DNA of 24,854 nt from a virus (taxonomy: Duplodnaviria > Caudoviricetes): positions 1-24,854 of IMG/VR virus record IMGVR_UViG_3300050119_000279, one strand, 5' to 3'. The position numbers and the translations under genes are program-made. Position 1 is the first letter of the stretch, and each line of letters begins with the position of its first letter. Below the pieces are notes generated by a model. That model made no database searches, was not told the origin of the DNA, and was given only the letters and a program-made list of their open reading frames with translations. This document shows, piece after piece, positions 7,281 to 16,138 of this stretch.

Positions 7281-7352
7281 AGGGAATGGGTGGGATCGAA
7301 CCACCTACCAGTGGCTTAACAGGCCAATGCTCTACCAGTGAACTACACTCCC
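7281..7352 (-). tRNA. tRNA-Asn(GUU) by anticodon, no encoded CCA
   Basis: GGGAGTG TA GTTC ACTGGTA GAGC A TTGGC CT-GTT-AA GCCAC TGGTA GGTGG TTCGATC CCACC CATTCCC T: complete cloverleaf. Confidence 0.9.
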
Positions 7353-7360
7353 CTATTTGT

Positions 7361-7654
7361 TTATTCTATTCCTTTCTTTACTCGCTTATCAAAAGCTCGC
7401 TTGCTTTCCATATTGATTTTCAATAACTCTGTAAATGTTTTATTGATTTCTTTATCTGATTCTTCTTCATATCCAGCTGTCAAAACAATCGAAAGGGTTG
7501 CTAAGAGAATATCACACATATACAAAGGCCCTTGTAAATGAAATGCTTCACAATCGATATCTTTTAAGACCTCTAAAATATCGTTAATGCCTTTTCTGAT
7601 AGCTGTATCAACGCCTTCAGGAAGTTCTTTTTGATTTAATTCTTCAAATTCCAT
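7361..7654 (-). CDS. Hypothetical protein
   Basis: ORF tightly packed in the leftward operon, ending 8 nt before the tRNA. Confidence 0.7.
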   Translation of the reverse strand: MEFEELNQKELPEGVDTAIRKGINDILEVLKDIDCEAFHLQGPLYMCDILLATLSIVLTAGYEEESDKEINKTFTELLKINMESKRAFDKRVKKGIE

Positions 7655-7656
7655 TT

Positions 7657-7905
7657 CTATTTCTCTTTTAAATCTTCGATTGTCTCAGCAATTTTAATAA
7701 ACGCTTTCCTAATTTGAGCAATAAGCTTAGGCATTCTTTCATATTCCATTTCTGTTAAAACCCCATGATGCAAAGATGCCGCAATATGCATGCAAATAAT
7801 ATCCATGTTTTCAGCACCTCTACAACCTTTAGCAAAATACTCATTGAGTTTTTCAACTTGTATCATTGTTTCTTTAAATTTAACTTCATGGTTGAGTTGT
7901 GACAT
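7657..7905 (-). CDS. Hypothetical protein
   Basis: GAGGA SD, tight packing. Confidence 0.7.
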   Translation of the reverse strand: MSQLNHEVKFKETMIQVEKLNEYFAKGCRGAENMDIICMHIAASLHHGVLTEMEYERMPKLIAQIRKAFIKIAETIEDLKEK

Positions 7906-8084
7906 ATATTCCTCTCAATGATTTCTAATCGTTCTTTAAGATCTAAGTAATTTTTAGCTAATTCGCCATGCCGGGCAAATAATGCTTTGCGTAATTTGTC
8001 TTGGCTTTTCTTCAAGAGACTTATTTCTTCTTGGAAAAGCTCAATCTCTGTCTTCTCATGGAAAAAGTCTAGCTGTATTAACAT
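7863..8084 (-). CDS. Hypothetical coiled-coil protein
   Basis: Likely start ATG 8084 (MLIQLDFF...); heptad pattern; first gene of the leftward operon. Confidence 0.65.
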   Translation of the reverse strand: MLIQLDFFHEKTEIELFQEEISLLKKSQDKLRKALFARHGELAKNYLDLKERLEIIERNICHNSTMKLNLKKQ

Positions 8085-8222
8085 TTCATTCTCATCGTTG
8101 AAATAAAATAATAATCCCTTGCGCTTTATATTGCAAGTGTAATATGATAACCATACATGACAATCATATGCAAGGCTTAACTTGCTAAAGAATTGATAAA
8201 AACACAAGTAAATTTAAAAAAA

Positions 8223-8399
8223 ATGTCACAGCAGATAGAAGATAATTCAATAAAACAGAAAATTGCTCAAGTTCTTGAGATCATGAAACAGCATCCAATC
8301 ATCTCCAGAACATTACTACAACGAAAAATGAAGATAACTTCCACCGCGGCACAAGCCTTACTCGATACAGTAAATAACCTACAACAAAAACGAACATAA
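8223..8399 (+). CDS. Small FtsK-gamma-like HTH protein
   Basis: Likely start ATG 8223; ISRTLLQRKMKITSTAAQALLD resembles FtsK-gamma S.S.LQR.L.I....A..L.D. Confidence 0.5.
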   Translation: MSQQIEDNSIKQKIAQVLEIMKQHPIISRTLLQRKMKITSTAAQALLDTVNNLQQKRT

Positions 8400-8476
8400 C
8401 AAATAATATCAGACGTGAATGATTATTTTATTATAATCAAAGTTTTAAATACTCAAATATAAAAAAAGAGGACGAT

Positions 8477-8869
8477 ATGAGTGAAAGAGAAAGTGATCTA
8501 AAGGAAGCAATAAAATCCATGCTTACAATTTTGGAATTAAAAGAGAAATATCATAACAAATCTTCTGATTGCAAGGATTGCTCTCCTCAAGATGAATATA
8601 TAAAAAATAGTGAAGAACACCTCCAACAAGTCAAAATAGCTAAAGAATTTGAAAATGAATATACCGAAATGATCACTTGGGCTTTCGGATCAGATTTTTT
8701 TAACGATGCTTATCATTCTAAAGATGAAACAGTAAAAGTTTGGGCAAATAGACATCCAAATCTTGCTCCTCTTAAAATATGTTTGATTCTTGATGAAAAT
8801 AAATCACATACTTCTATTCTTATGCAAATAGCCCCACTTTGGTATAATAGTAAAAATAATAACAAATAA
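8477..8869 (+). CDS. Hypothetical protein
   Basis: GAGGA SD; 130-aa ORF. Confidence 0.7.
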   Translation: MSERESDLKEAIKSMLTILELKEKYHNKSSDCKDCSPQDEYIKNSEEHLQQVKIAKEFENEYTEMITWAFGSDFFNDAYHSKDETVKVWANRHPNLAPLKICLILDENKSHTSILMQIAPLWYNSKNNNK

Positions 8870-8879
8870 AAAGGTAAGC

Positions 8880-9083
8880 ATGGATATCCAAGTCTTTCGG
8901 AAAAATATATATGGCAAAGAAAGATTTTATCCTGTGACGAAAGATGCTATCTTCCTTGCTAATCTTATTGGTTGCCCTTCTTTAGCCATGCGACATCTCA
9001 AACTATGTAAACAACATGGATGGGATGTCTCTTTTGTTACTGAAAAGATAGATTTTGATGATTATATCGAGAAAGAAAAATAA
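8880..9083 (+). CDS. Small phage hypothetical protein
   Basis: AAGG SD; KNIYGKERFYPV...A..LA.L.G pattern recalled from small phage proteins. Confidence 0.7.
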   Translation: MDIQVFRKNIYGKERFYPVTKDAIFLANLIGCPSLAMRHLKLCKQHGWDVSFVTEKIDFDDYIEKEK

Positions 9084-9364
9084 TGGAAAATAAAGAACCC
9101 CAATTTGCTTTCGGAAAGAAATTAGGCATTGCTGAATGTTTGTATAATGATATTCCATTCATGCAAAATATGATTGGACGATTAATGGTATGCATGAAAG
9201 AAACAAACAAGCTTCATAATGTATCTTGTGAATTCTTTCGACTTGATTTTAGACCTCAAACTTATGAGGAAGAGCTTTTGAGAGAATTTCCATTAAGCGT
9301 ATTGATTCTTGATTTGAAATGGGGATCTAAAAAGGAATTAGAAAAAAATAATCATGCGTTGTAA
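9083..9364 (+). CDS. Hypothetical protein
   Basis: TAATG coupling to the previous gene. Confidence 0.7.
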   Translation: MENKEPQFAFGKKLGIAECLYNDIPFMQNMIGRLMVCMKETNKLHNVSCEFFRLDFRPQTYEEELLREFPLSVLILDLKWGSKKELEKNNHAL

Positions 9365-9575
9365 GCAATGCAATAAACTCACAGTCAAAAAACAATATCT
9401 TCAAGAATTTTGTTCCCAAAACTGTAAGTCTAAGCATCGACAAAAATCAGGCATTGATGATATCCAAAAGAGATGCCCCATATGCAATAAAACCTATATG
9501 GTTAACAAATATTATAATACCAAAACATGCAGTCGCGCTTGCGGTATGATCACGAAATATAAAGCTAATACTTGA
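9354..9575 (+). CDS. Double zinc-finger protein
   Basis: CKQC...FCSQNC and CPIC...TCSRAC motifs. Confidence 0.7.
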   Translation: MRCKQCNKLTVKKQYLQEFCSQNCKSKHRQKSGIDDIQKRCPICNKTYMVNKYYNTKTCSRACGMITKYKANT

Positions 9576-9622
9576 TTTAAATTATAATTTTATTTATGTC
9601 TATCTCTTAGAAAGAGAGACAT

Positions 9623-10210
9623 ATGACAGAAATAAAAGAGAAAAAAAAGAAAAACGTTCCTCCTCGCCCTCCTCTTGGTAATCAATATGCCAAGGGCTCA
9701 ACTACAAACGGCGCTCCTCGCAAATATGATCTAGAAGAAGAAGCAAAAGAATTATTAAAATGGTCATTAAAAGCCGATTCTTTACGTCTTTATGGTTTTA
9801 CTTTTAACAAAGATTATCCTACTCAAAGATTAGAAGAGTTCGCCAAACGTTCGCCTGTTTTTGCCGACGCCATTATTATAGCTAAAAATAGATTGGCAAT
9901 GCGACGTGAGCAATATGCATGTCTTGATAAAACTGGAATACCTGCTCATGTCTATAACAAAACGGCACATATTTATGATCATGAGTTAATAGATACACAA
10001 GAAGCTATTATTGAGAAAGGCAAAGAGAAAGACCTTAAACGTAAGCTTAAAGAGATAAGACATGCTTTAGAAGTAAAGAATGAGCTCGACCTTAAGTCTC
10101 AAGTCCCTCCAAATCTTATTAATGTCAATTCTGATAATGAGAATATGATTCTCAAAGCCCAGCTTGCGAATGCATTAGAAATCATTGAAGAATTGAGAAA
10201 TAAGAAATAA
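9623..10210 (+). CDS. terS: Terminase small subunit (putative)
   Basis: PPLGNQYAKG...GAPRKY N-terminal motif; TAATG-coupled to terL. Confidence 0.7.
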   Translation: MTEIKEKKKKNVPPRPPLGNQYAKGSTTNGAPRKYDLEEEAKELLKWSLKADSLRLYGFTFNKDYPTQRLEEFAKRSPVFADAIIIAKNRLAMRREQYACLDKTGIPAHVYNKTAHIYDHELIDTQEAIIEKGKEKDLKRKLKEIRHALEVKNELDLKSQVPPNLINVNSDNENMILKAQLANALEIIEELRNKK

Positions 10211-11487
10211 TGATATCTAGCCCTAAGCAAGATAAGAGCTTTTTAGAATCTACTCATGCGTTTAACATATGGGTGGGTGCTGTTCGTTCAGGTAAGACAT
10301 TCTCTAGCATCCGTAGATTCATTCATGAGTTGCAATATGGCCCTGGCGATGAGGCTATGATAGTTGGCGTTAACCGAAGCAGTATTGACAGAAACATACT
10401 TAAAACTATGTATCAATTACTCGGCTTTCCTTTGCCATCACCTAAAACAATGAAGACTAAGTTATTTGGTAAGACCTTGTATTTCGTAGGTGCTCCAGAC
10501 GTGGGAGCAGTATCAACGATACAAGGCTCAACTTTAGCTCAAGCTTATGTTGATGAAGCTACATGTATTCCTGAGTTATTTTGGAAGATGCTAGAATCTC
10601 GTTTGAGTGTGCCAGGTGCTAAACTATTTGCTACCTGTAACCCTGATGGCCCCTCTCATTGGCTTAAGAAAGATTATATTGATAGAGCTAAAGAATTAGA
10701 TGTTGTCTATTGGAATTTTAATCTCGAAGATAATCCAATCCTTGATGAAGAATATAAAAGGCGTATTAAAGCTTCTTACACTGGCTTGTGGTATAAGCGT
10801 TTTATCTTAGGTGAATGGGCATTAGCTCAAGGAGCTGTTTATGACACATATGATCACTTCAACGAATATGCCAATCCTTTCCCTCCTCCAACTTATTATA
10901 TAGTAGGTGTTGACTATGGGACGACTAACGCAACAGCGGCCGTTTTATGCGCTATTACTCCAAATAAATGGCCGCAAATTCGAGTGGAGCAAGAATATTA
11001 TTGGGATTCTACCACAAAAGGTCGTTCGAAAACTGATGCAGAGCTTGTATCAGACATCAAAGACTTCATCGGTTATAAAAATGTTTCTGCGATTTATGTT
11101 GATCCAGCGGCCGCATCATTCAAAATTGCCCTCCGGCAAGCTGACTTGCCTGTATTGGATGCCAACAACGATGTCTTATTGGGTATTAAAATCACAGGTA
11201 AATTTATCTCAGGAAAGAATCTAGTCATCCATAAATCATGTCAGATATTGCGAGAACATTTGCAATCTTATGCATGGGATTCTAAGGCGGCTGATCGAGG
11301 AGAAGATAAGCCGATTAAGAAGAATGACCATATATGCGATGCGCTGCGTTATGCATGTACTACAGCCTTCCCACAAGGGGAATTTAATAATCCAGATGAA
11401 TATTTAACCGTTGAGCAAATGAAGCGTAAAATCTATGGCGATGAAGGCTATGGTTTTATAAATCAAAATTATTCAGGATATTTATAA
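10210..11487 (+). CDS. terL: Terminase large subunit, PBSX-like
   Basis: Walker A GAVRSGKT, Walker B YVDEA, motif III TCNP, nuclease GVDYG, YVDPAA and DHICDALRY. Confidence 0.95.
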   Translation: MISSPKQDKSFLESTHAFNIWVGAVRSGKTFSSIRRFIHELQYGPGDEAMIVGVNRSSIDRNILKTMYQLLGFPLPSPKTMKTKLFGKTLYFVGAPDVGAVSTIQGSTLAQAYVDEATCIPELFWKMLESRLSVPGAKLFATCNPDGPSHWLKKDYIDRAKELDVVYWNFNLEDNPILDEEYKRRIKASYTGLWYKRFILGEWALAQGAVYDTYDHFNEYANPFPPPTYYIVGVDYGTTNATAAVLCAITPNKWPQIRVEQEYYWDSTTKGRSKTDAELVSDIKDFIGYKNVSAIYVDPAAASFKIALRQADLPVLDANNDVLLGIKITGKFISGKNLVIHKSCQILREHLQSYAWDSKAADRGEDKPIKKNDHICDALRYACTTAFPQGEFNNPDEYLTVEQMKRKIYGDEGYGFINQNYSGYL

Positions 11488-11541
11488 AGAAATAATTCGC
11501 TTTGTGATATAAAATTTTATTTAGATATTAATGAGGTTTTT

Positions 11542-11790
11542 ATGATTATTCCTTTAGGTACTCGCGTTCTTATTAAACCTTTCAAAGAAGAAAAGAAATC
11601 AACCATCCTTCTTGTCGAGGAAAAAGCCCCTACACAGTATGAAGTTGTTGCTATTGGAGATGACGTAACAAAATTATCTGTTGGGAATTTAGTATTTATT
11701 GATCCTTATACATACTCTAAAGTTGAATATAAAGATGAAATACTTCTTATTATCGAGGAAGCAAAAGTCTTAGCTAAATTCTTAAAATAG
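11542..11790 (+). CDS. groES: Co-chaperonin GroES/Cpn10 homolog
   Basis: PLGTRVLIK, short mobile loop (EEKKSTILL), EVVAIG, VG..V, IIEE..VLAK. Confidence 0.85.
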   Translation: MIIPLGTRVLIKPFKEEKKSTILLVEEKAPTQYEVVAIGDDVTKLSVGNLVFIDPYTYSKVEYKDEILLIIEEAKVLAKFLK

Positions 11791-11799
11791 GTCATCTCT

Positions 11800-13842
11800 G
11801 TGGGTTCATATGAAAATGGTAATTATAGTTTAGGTTATGTCGATCCGACTGATTTAGGAATGAAAGATCTTAAACAGATGCAAGATTTCTTCTATCAAGC
11901 CAATTATCCAGGAAATTCCTCGCTATGGATGCAAGGAGCTATTGATAAGAGATTCAAAGTCGGCGATCAATCTTTATATAATGCCTCATATGGTCTTGGA
12001 AATAATACTAATGGAATGCCTCAAAAGTTCTTTCTAAATCTTGTTAGACGCCATATCAATATGATATGTGGATATCAGAGGAAGAACAGAAAATCTACTA
12101 TAACTATTCCTGCACATGACAATGATGATTCACTCGCGGATGAATATAATACTACAATGAAATGGTGTGATGATAGAGACGGTTATCAGGAATATCAAAG
12201 TCAAGCATTTGAAGGCGCTTGTGACACTGGTATGACATTGCTTCATCTTTATCCTGATTATACCTTTGACCCTATCTCAGGCGATCTTTTTACTGATTGT
12301 GTATCATATAATAATTTTTTGATAGATCAGTATTTCCGCAAGCAGGATCTTTCCGACTGTAATGGGATTTGGCGTCGTAGATGGGTTAACAAACAGGGTG
12401 CTAAGCAGTTATTGCCGGGATATGGAAAAGAAATAGATAAGATGAAACCCGGTGGAATTAAAGATGGTCGCTTCCCAGTGCAAGCAGAGCTTCTTAATAT
12501 CTCTATGAATGACTTATTTAGTTATGATGAATTTTACTATCGCACCTCACGGAAAGGAACTATTGTTTTAGATCCTAAGAGTGGCGAAGCGATCGAATGG
12601 GAACAAGACGAATCAGATGATGATGATATGATGCAGCGCACATTAGCGCAACAACCATGGTTAATCACAAAAGAGGTTCAGATACCTACTGTTAAACTTG
12701 TTATCACATTAAGCGGCAAGGTTGTTTATCATGGAAAAAATTTATTAAATACCGATGATTATCCATTTGTGCCTTCCATGTGCTATTATGAGCCAGATAT
12801 TCAATCATATGCATGGCGCTGCATGGGTATTATTAGGAATCTTAGAGATCCACAATGGCTCTACAATATGCGTAAGGGAATAGAATTACAAATATTACAG
12901 TCTCAGATTAATTCTGGATGGATATTCCCAGTTGATGCAGTAACAGATATTAAGGCATTTAGACAGACCGGAGAAGGCTTTTTAGTTCCTCTTAAAGCCG
13001 GACATTTGCCAAATGAGATTCAGAGAATAGAAGCCGCGGCAATTCCAGAATCTTTATTACAATTATCAGCAAGTTTATCTGAAGATATAACAAGGATTTC
13101 AGGTGTTAACGAAGAACTTTTGGGAGCAGCGACAGACGACAAGTCTGGAATTCTTTCTATGCTCAGACAGGGTGCAGGTCTTACAACGTTGCAAACTATT
13201 TTCGACAAGTTGGACTATACCCAAAGATTATATGGTAAAATCCGTCTCGCAGCGATTAGAAAGAACTTCAGTAAAGGTAAAATTCGCAACATTCTTGGTC
13301 ATGATGCGGATCCGCGTTTCTTTACGGCACATGCTCAAAAATATGCCATCTCTGTTGAAGAAGGTAATTACTCCACTTCACAACGCCAAACAGAGCTTCA
13401 GCAATTACTTCACTTTAAAGAACTAGGAATGAATATTGCCGATAAGTCAATTCTACGTGCGGCTTTCATCACTAATAAGAAACAAGTCATAGCAGAGATG
13501 GAAGAGGCAAACCAAGCGGAACAGCAATCTCAACAAGCGCAAGCAGCTCAACAAGAGAAAATAGATAATAGCAAAATAATGGGCGCTTATGCTAAAGCTC
13601 GTTTAGATATAGCGAAAGTTGAAGAAACTAAAGCTAGGATCGACGATCTAGAAGCTGGAGCAGAGCATAAACGTACAGCAGCTGATCTAGATATTGTTAG
13701 ACAAATGGTGGAATTAGAAGATTTAGATTTAGCCAATTTTAGAACAAATCTAGAGATGGCAGAAATTATTAAACTAACACAGGGTTCGAAAAGCAATCAT
13801 CCTAGTTTTAGACAAGAAGAACAAACGGCCGCAATCGGCTAA
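11800..13842 (+). CDS. Portal protein (P22-like, podovirus type)
   Basis: 680 aa following terL; NLVRRHINMICGYQRKNR, YPFVP, GIIRNLRDPQ, ISGVNEELLG; Q/A-rich C-terminal helical barrel. Confidence 0.9.
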   Translation: MGSYENGNYSLGYVDPTDLGMKDLKQMQDFFYQANYPGNSSLWMQGAIDKRFKVGDQSLYNASYGLGNNTNGMPQKFFLNLVRRHINMICGYQRKNRKSTITIPAHDNDDSLADEYNTTMKWCDDRDGYQEYQSQAFEGACDTGMTLLHLYPDYTFDPISGDLFTDCVSYNNFLIDQYFRKQDLSDCNGIWRRRWVNKQGAKQLLPGYGKEIDKMKPGGIKDGRFPVQAELLNISMNDLFSYDEFYYRTSRKGTIVLDPKSGEAIEWEQDESDDDDMMQRTLAQQPWLITKEVQIPTVKLVITLSGKVVYHGKNLLNTDDYPFVPSMCYYEPDIQSYAWRCMGIIRNLRDPQWLYNMRKGIELQILQSQINSGWIFPVDAVTDIKAFRQTGEGFLVPLKAGHLPNEIQRIEAAAIPESLLQLSASLSEDITRISGVNEELLGAATDDKSGILSMLRQGAGLTTLQTIFDKLDYTQRLYGKIRLAAIRKNFSKGKIRNILGHDADPRFFTAHAQKYAISVEEGNYSTSQRQTELQQLLHFKELGMNIADKSILRAAFITNKKQVIAEMEEANQAEQQSQQAQAAQQEKIDNSKIMGAYAKARLDIAKVEETKARIDDLEAGAEHKRTAADLDIVRQMVELEDLDLANFRTNLEMAEIIKLTQGSKSNHPSFRQEEQTAAIG

Positions 13843-13854
13843 AAGGGGTATAAA

Positions 13855-14085
13855 ATGGCACTCAATAAAGCAGTTAATAATGTAGATAGCAGAGGTGATA
13901 AGCCTGCACAAAAAGCTAAAGAAGGGCTTAAATTTCCTTTGGGCAATGCTCATTGGGAAAACAAAGTAGAAGAAACGGAAATGGCTGATCTTCGCTATGC
14001 AAGCGAGATGAATACAGCAGCGGAATATAAGAAATCCGTTGATGGATTAGCTAAATATGTTAAAAAGAATAAAATGGATTACTAA
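13855..14085 (+). CDS. Small hypothetical protein of the head module
   Basis: AGGGG SD; followed by a terminator-like hairpin. Confidence 0.7.
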   Translation: MALNKAVNNVDSRGDKPAQKAKEGLKFPLGNAHWENKVEETEMADLRYASEMNTAAEYKKSVDGLAKYVKKNKMDY

Positions 14086-14087
14086 AT

Positions 14088-14119
14088 AAATGGGATGATT
14101 TAAGACAATCATCCCATTT
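14088..14119 (+). terminator. Terminator-like hairpin
   Basis: AAATGGGATGATT-TAAGAC-AATCATCCCATTT perfect 13-bp stem. Confidence 0.65.
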
Positions 14120-14135
14120 GTAAAGCTGCTTTACA
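14119..14135. promoter_or_regulatory. 17-bp palindrome, copy 1
   Basis: TGTAAAGC-T-GCTTTACA, 15 nt upstream of ATG 14151; second copy at 20021-20037. Confidence 0.65.
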
Positions 14136-14150
14136 TTGAAAGGATTTATC

Positions 14151-14372
14151 ATGGTTAAAGAAAAAACTGTGCATGGCGTTGATTCAGTTAAACGCAAAGA
14201 TGCTGATGTTGTTAAAAAAGGATTTGGCCCGGCTATTCCTAATGATCAATGGGAAATGCGCGTCAATCCAATGCCTGCTGGTATTCCGAATGATCCAGCT
14301 GGTGCATTCCTTGCAATGGAAGGAAAAAATAGACCAGTTCCACACAAAAAAATAAACGAGTATGATTATTGA
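14151..14372 (+). CDS. Small hypothetical protein
   Basis: Likely start ATG 14151 (MVKEK) with AAGGA SD. Confidence 0.65.
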   Translation: MVKEKTVHGVDSVKRKDADVVKKGFGPAIPNDQWEMRVNPMPAGIPNDPAGAFLAMEGKNRPVPHKKINEYDY

Positions 14373-14986
14373 TGACTAAGCGAGTAACAGCCGGAGAACT
14401 GTCTCAAAAAGCTTTAGCCGATACAACCAAATATGATGCTTTAGAAGTTGGTCATGCAATGACTGATGATGTTACGCATCAATTAAGAGAATGTGTACGC
14501 CTCTATAGAGACAAGATAGATGAGGATGAATTCTGTGTTATTCGGATAATTGCTAGCGATCCTCTTATTAAGAATGCTAAGAGGTTTAAATATTATGCAT
14601 GGCCATATCTACCAGCACCTAGGCCGAATCAGGCCGTATTTCTTTATAATAAGCCTTTAGATCAGTTTACCAAACGTCTATGGATTCTTCCTAGTGCTAT
14701 GGTAATGGCCGAACTTGCAGGAACTAGCATCGTCGTTGATAAACGATATCAGACAATGCAAGCCTGGAGTGTTGCATTCTTCAAGGGAACATTTTGGGAA
14801 TATATTCGCCATGAACATGATATAGATATGCTATCTCAAGAAGAATATATGTTAGTTCATCGCGAGGAATTGATTAAGGCTGGATGTAAGTTGTTCGAGG
14901 CGCACACTTCCGAGCCCTTTGATTTTAGTAAGATCGCGATCGAGAAGATCGTAGACACGAAGACAGTCTTGGCCGATGAGGATTGA
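14369..14986 (+). CDS. Phage hypothetical protein
   Basis: Coupled to the previous gene; globular, aromatic-rich 205-aa ORF. Confidence 0.75.
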   Translation: MMTKRVTAGELSQKALADTTKYDALEVGHAMTDDVTHQLRECVRLYRDKIDEDEFCVIRIIASDPLIKNAKRFKYYAWPYLPAPRPNQAVFLYNKPLDQFTKRLWILPSAMVMAELAGTSIVVDKRYQTMQAWSVAFFKGTFWEYIRHEHDIDMLSQEEYMLVHREELIKAGCKLFEAHTSEPFDFSKIAIEKIVDTKTVLADED

Positions 14987-15139
14987 TTCGATGGCTTTAG
15001 GCAAACAGAGTACCCCTATTGGGGCATCAGCTATCATAAAAGTAACAGTTTTTCGATAGTTATTTAAACTTTTCATGAGATTCTTGTTAATTTTATTCAT
15101 CTCTTTTTCGAGAATCTTTTGGGCTTTATCAGTATACAT
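14852..15139 (-). CDS. Stand-alone RNA polymerase alpha-CTD-like (helix-hairpin-helix) protein
   Basis: PIGVLCLPKAIESILIGQDCLRVYDLLDRDLTKIKGLGSVRLEQL follows the alpha-CTD pattern PI..L.L......L....I..V.DL.....L.KI.GLG...L..I. Confidence 0.65.
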   Translation of the reverse strand: MYTDKAQKILEKEMNKINKNLMKSLNNYRKTVTFMIADAPIGVLCLPKAIESILIGQDCLRVYDLLDRDLTKIKGLGSVRLEQLTSSLNQFLAMN

Positions 15140-15154
15140 ATAAGGAAATCACCA

Positions 15155-15913
15155 ATGGAAGAGCAGAAACAACAACAAACAACAATATCTGAAGTAAAAA
15201 CAGAAGATAAGATTAATCCTGTTCAAAATCAAGAAAATTTAGCAATTTCTCAATCGGATAGTAAAGAGGAAAAGCCTAAAACAGCAACGGAATGGGATAA
15301 GTTTCGGGAAGCTAGAGCTATAGAGCGTAAACGTGCTGAAGAAATCGAGAAGCAAGCTAGAAAGAGTGCTGAAGAAGCGGCAGCCTTAAAAGCAGCATTA
15401 GAAGCAGCATTAAATAAACAACAATATAATGCTCCCCAATCTCAGAATGGATATGACAATGGTGAAGAGACTGAAGAGCAGCGTATTGATAAGAAAGTTA
15501 ACGCAGCATTAGCAAAGCGTGAAATAGAAGCAGCCAAACAGCGTAAAGAACGTGAACAAGCGGAATTTCCTGAAAGATTAACTTCCACTTATAGAGATTT
15601 TAATCAAGTTTGTTCAACTGAAAATCTAGATTATTTAGAATATCATTATCCTGAAGTTGCCGGAGCTTTTAAACATTCACCAGATGGCTTTGATAAATGG
15701 GCATCGGTTTATCAAACCGTTAAACGATTAGTTCCTAATGCTGATTCTAAAAAAGATCAGAAAAAAGCAGAAGCGAATTTTAATAAACCTCAGAGCGCTT
15801 CATCACCAACTGTAACAAGTACAGGTCAAGCATTAACAGCTACGCATTTAGATGAATCAAGAAAAGCCTCTAATTGGACAAGAATGCAGAAAGCTATGAA
15901 AGGATTAAGCTAA
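15155..15913 (+). CDS. Capsid scaffolding protein (putative)
   Basis: Likely start ATG 15155 with AAGGA SD; E/K/Q/A-rich coiled coil; located upstream of the capsid gene. Confidence 0.7.
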   Translation: MEEQKQQQTTISEVKTEDKINPVQNQENLAISQSDSKEEKPKTATEWDKFREARAIERKRAEEIEKQARKSAEEAAALKAALEAALNKQQYNAPQSQNGYDNGEETEEQRIDKKVNAALAKREIEAAKQRKEREQAEFPERLTSTYRDFNQVCSTENLDYLEYHYPEVAGAFKHSPDGFDKWASVYQTVKRLVPNADSKKDQKKAEANFNKPQSASSPTVTSTGQALTATHLDESRKASNWTRMQKAMKGLS

Positions 15914-16092
15914 TGGAAGAGAGGATCAGAAATTTTATAATACAAACAAATATGGGTGCTGTTCGGTTACAAGCAGGAACAATTTTGATTGAATCGGATG
16001 GAATTTTAAGTTTGATAACTAATCACAAGACTGTCGCTTGTTTTAAAAATTGGCTATATTTTCTTGTTGAGGAACAAGAAAATAAAATTTGA
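15913..16092 (+). CDS. Small hypothetical protein
   Basis: TAATG coupling at 15911-15915 (MEERIRNF...). Confidence 0.6.
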   Translation: MEERIRNFIIQTNMGAVRLQAGTILIESDGILSLITNHKTVACFKNWLYFLVEEQENKI

Positions 16093-16100
16093 TTTAATTA

Positions 16101-16129
16101 TTGAACATAAATATTTAAATATGTAATTT
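16101..16129 (+). promoter_or_regulatory. Possible promoter for the capsid leader
   Basis: TTGAAC-N17-TAATTT; the predicted start near 16136 lies just before the structured leader. The AT-rich context lowers specificity. Confidence 0.4.
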
Positions 16130-16138
16130 ATTGTTTTC

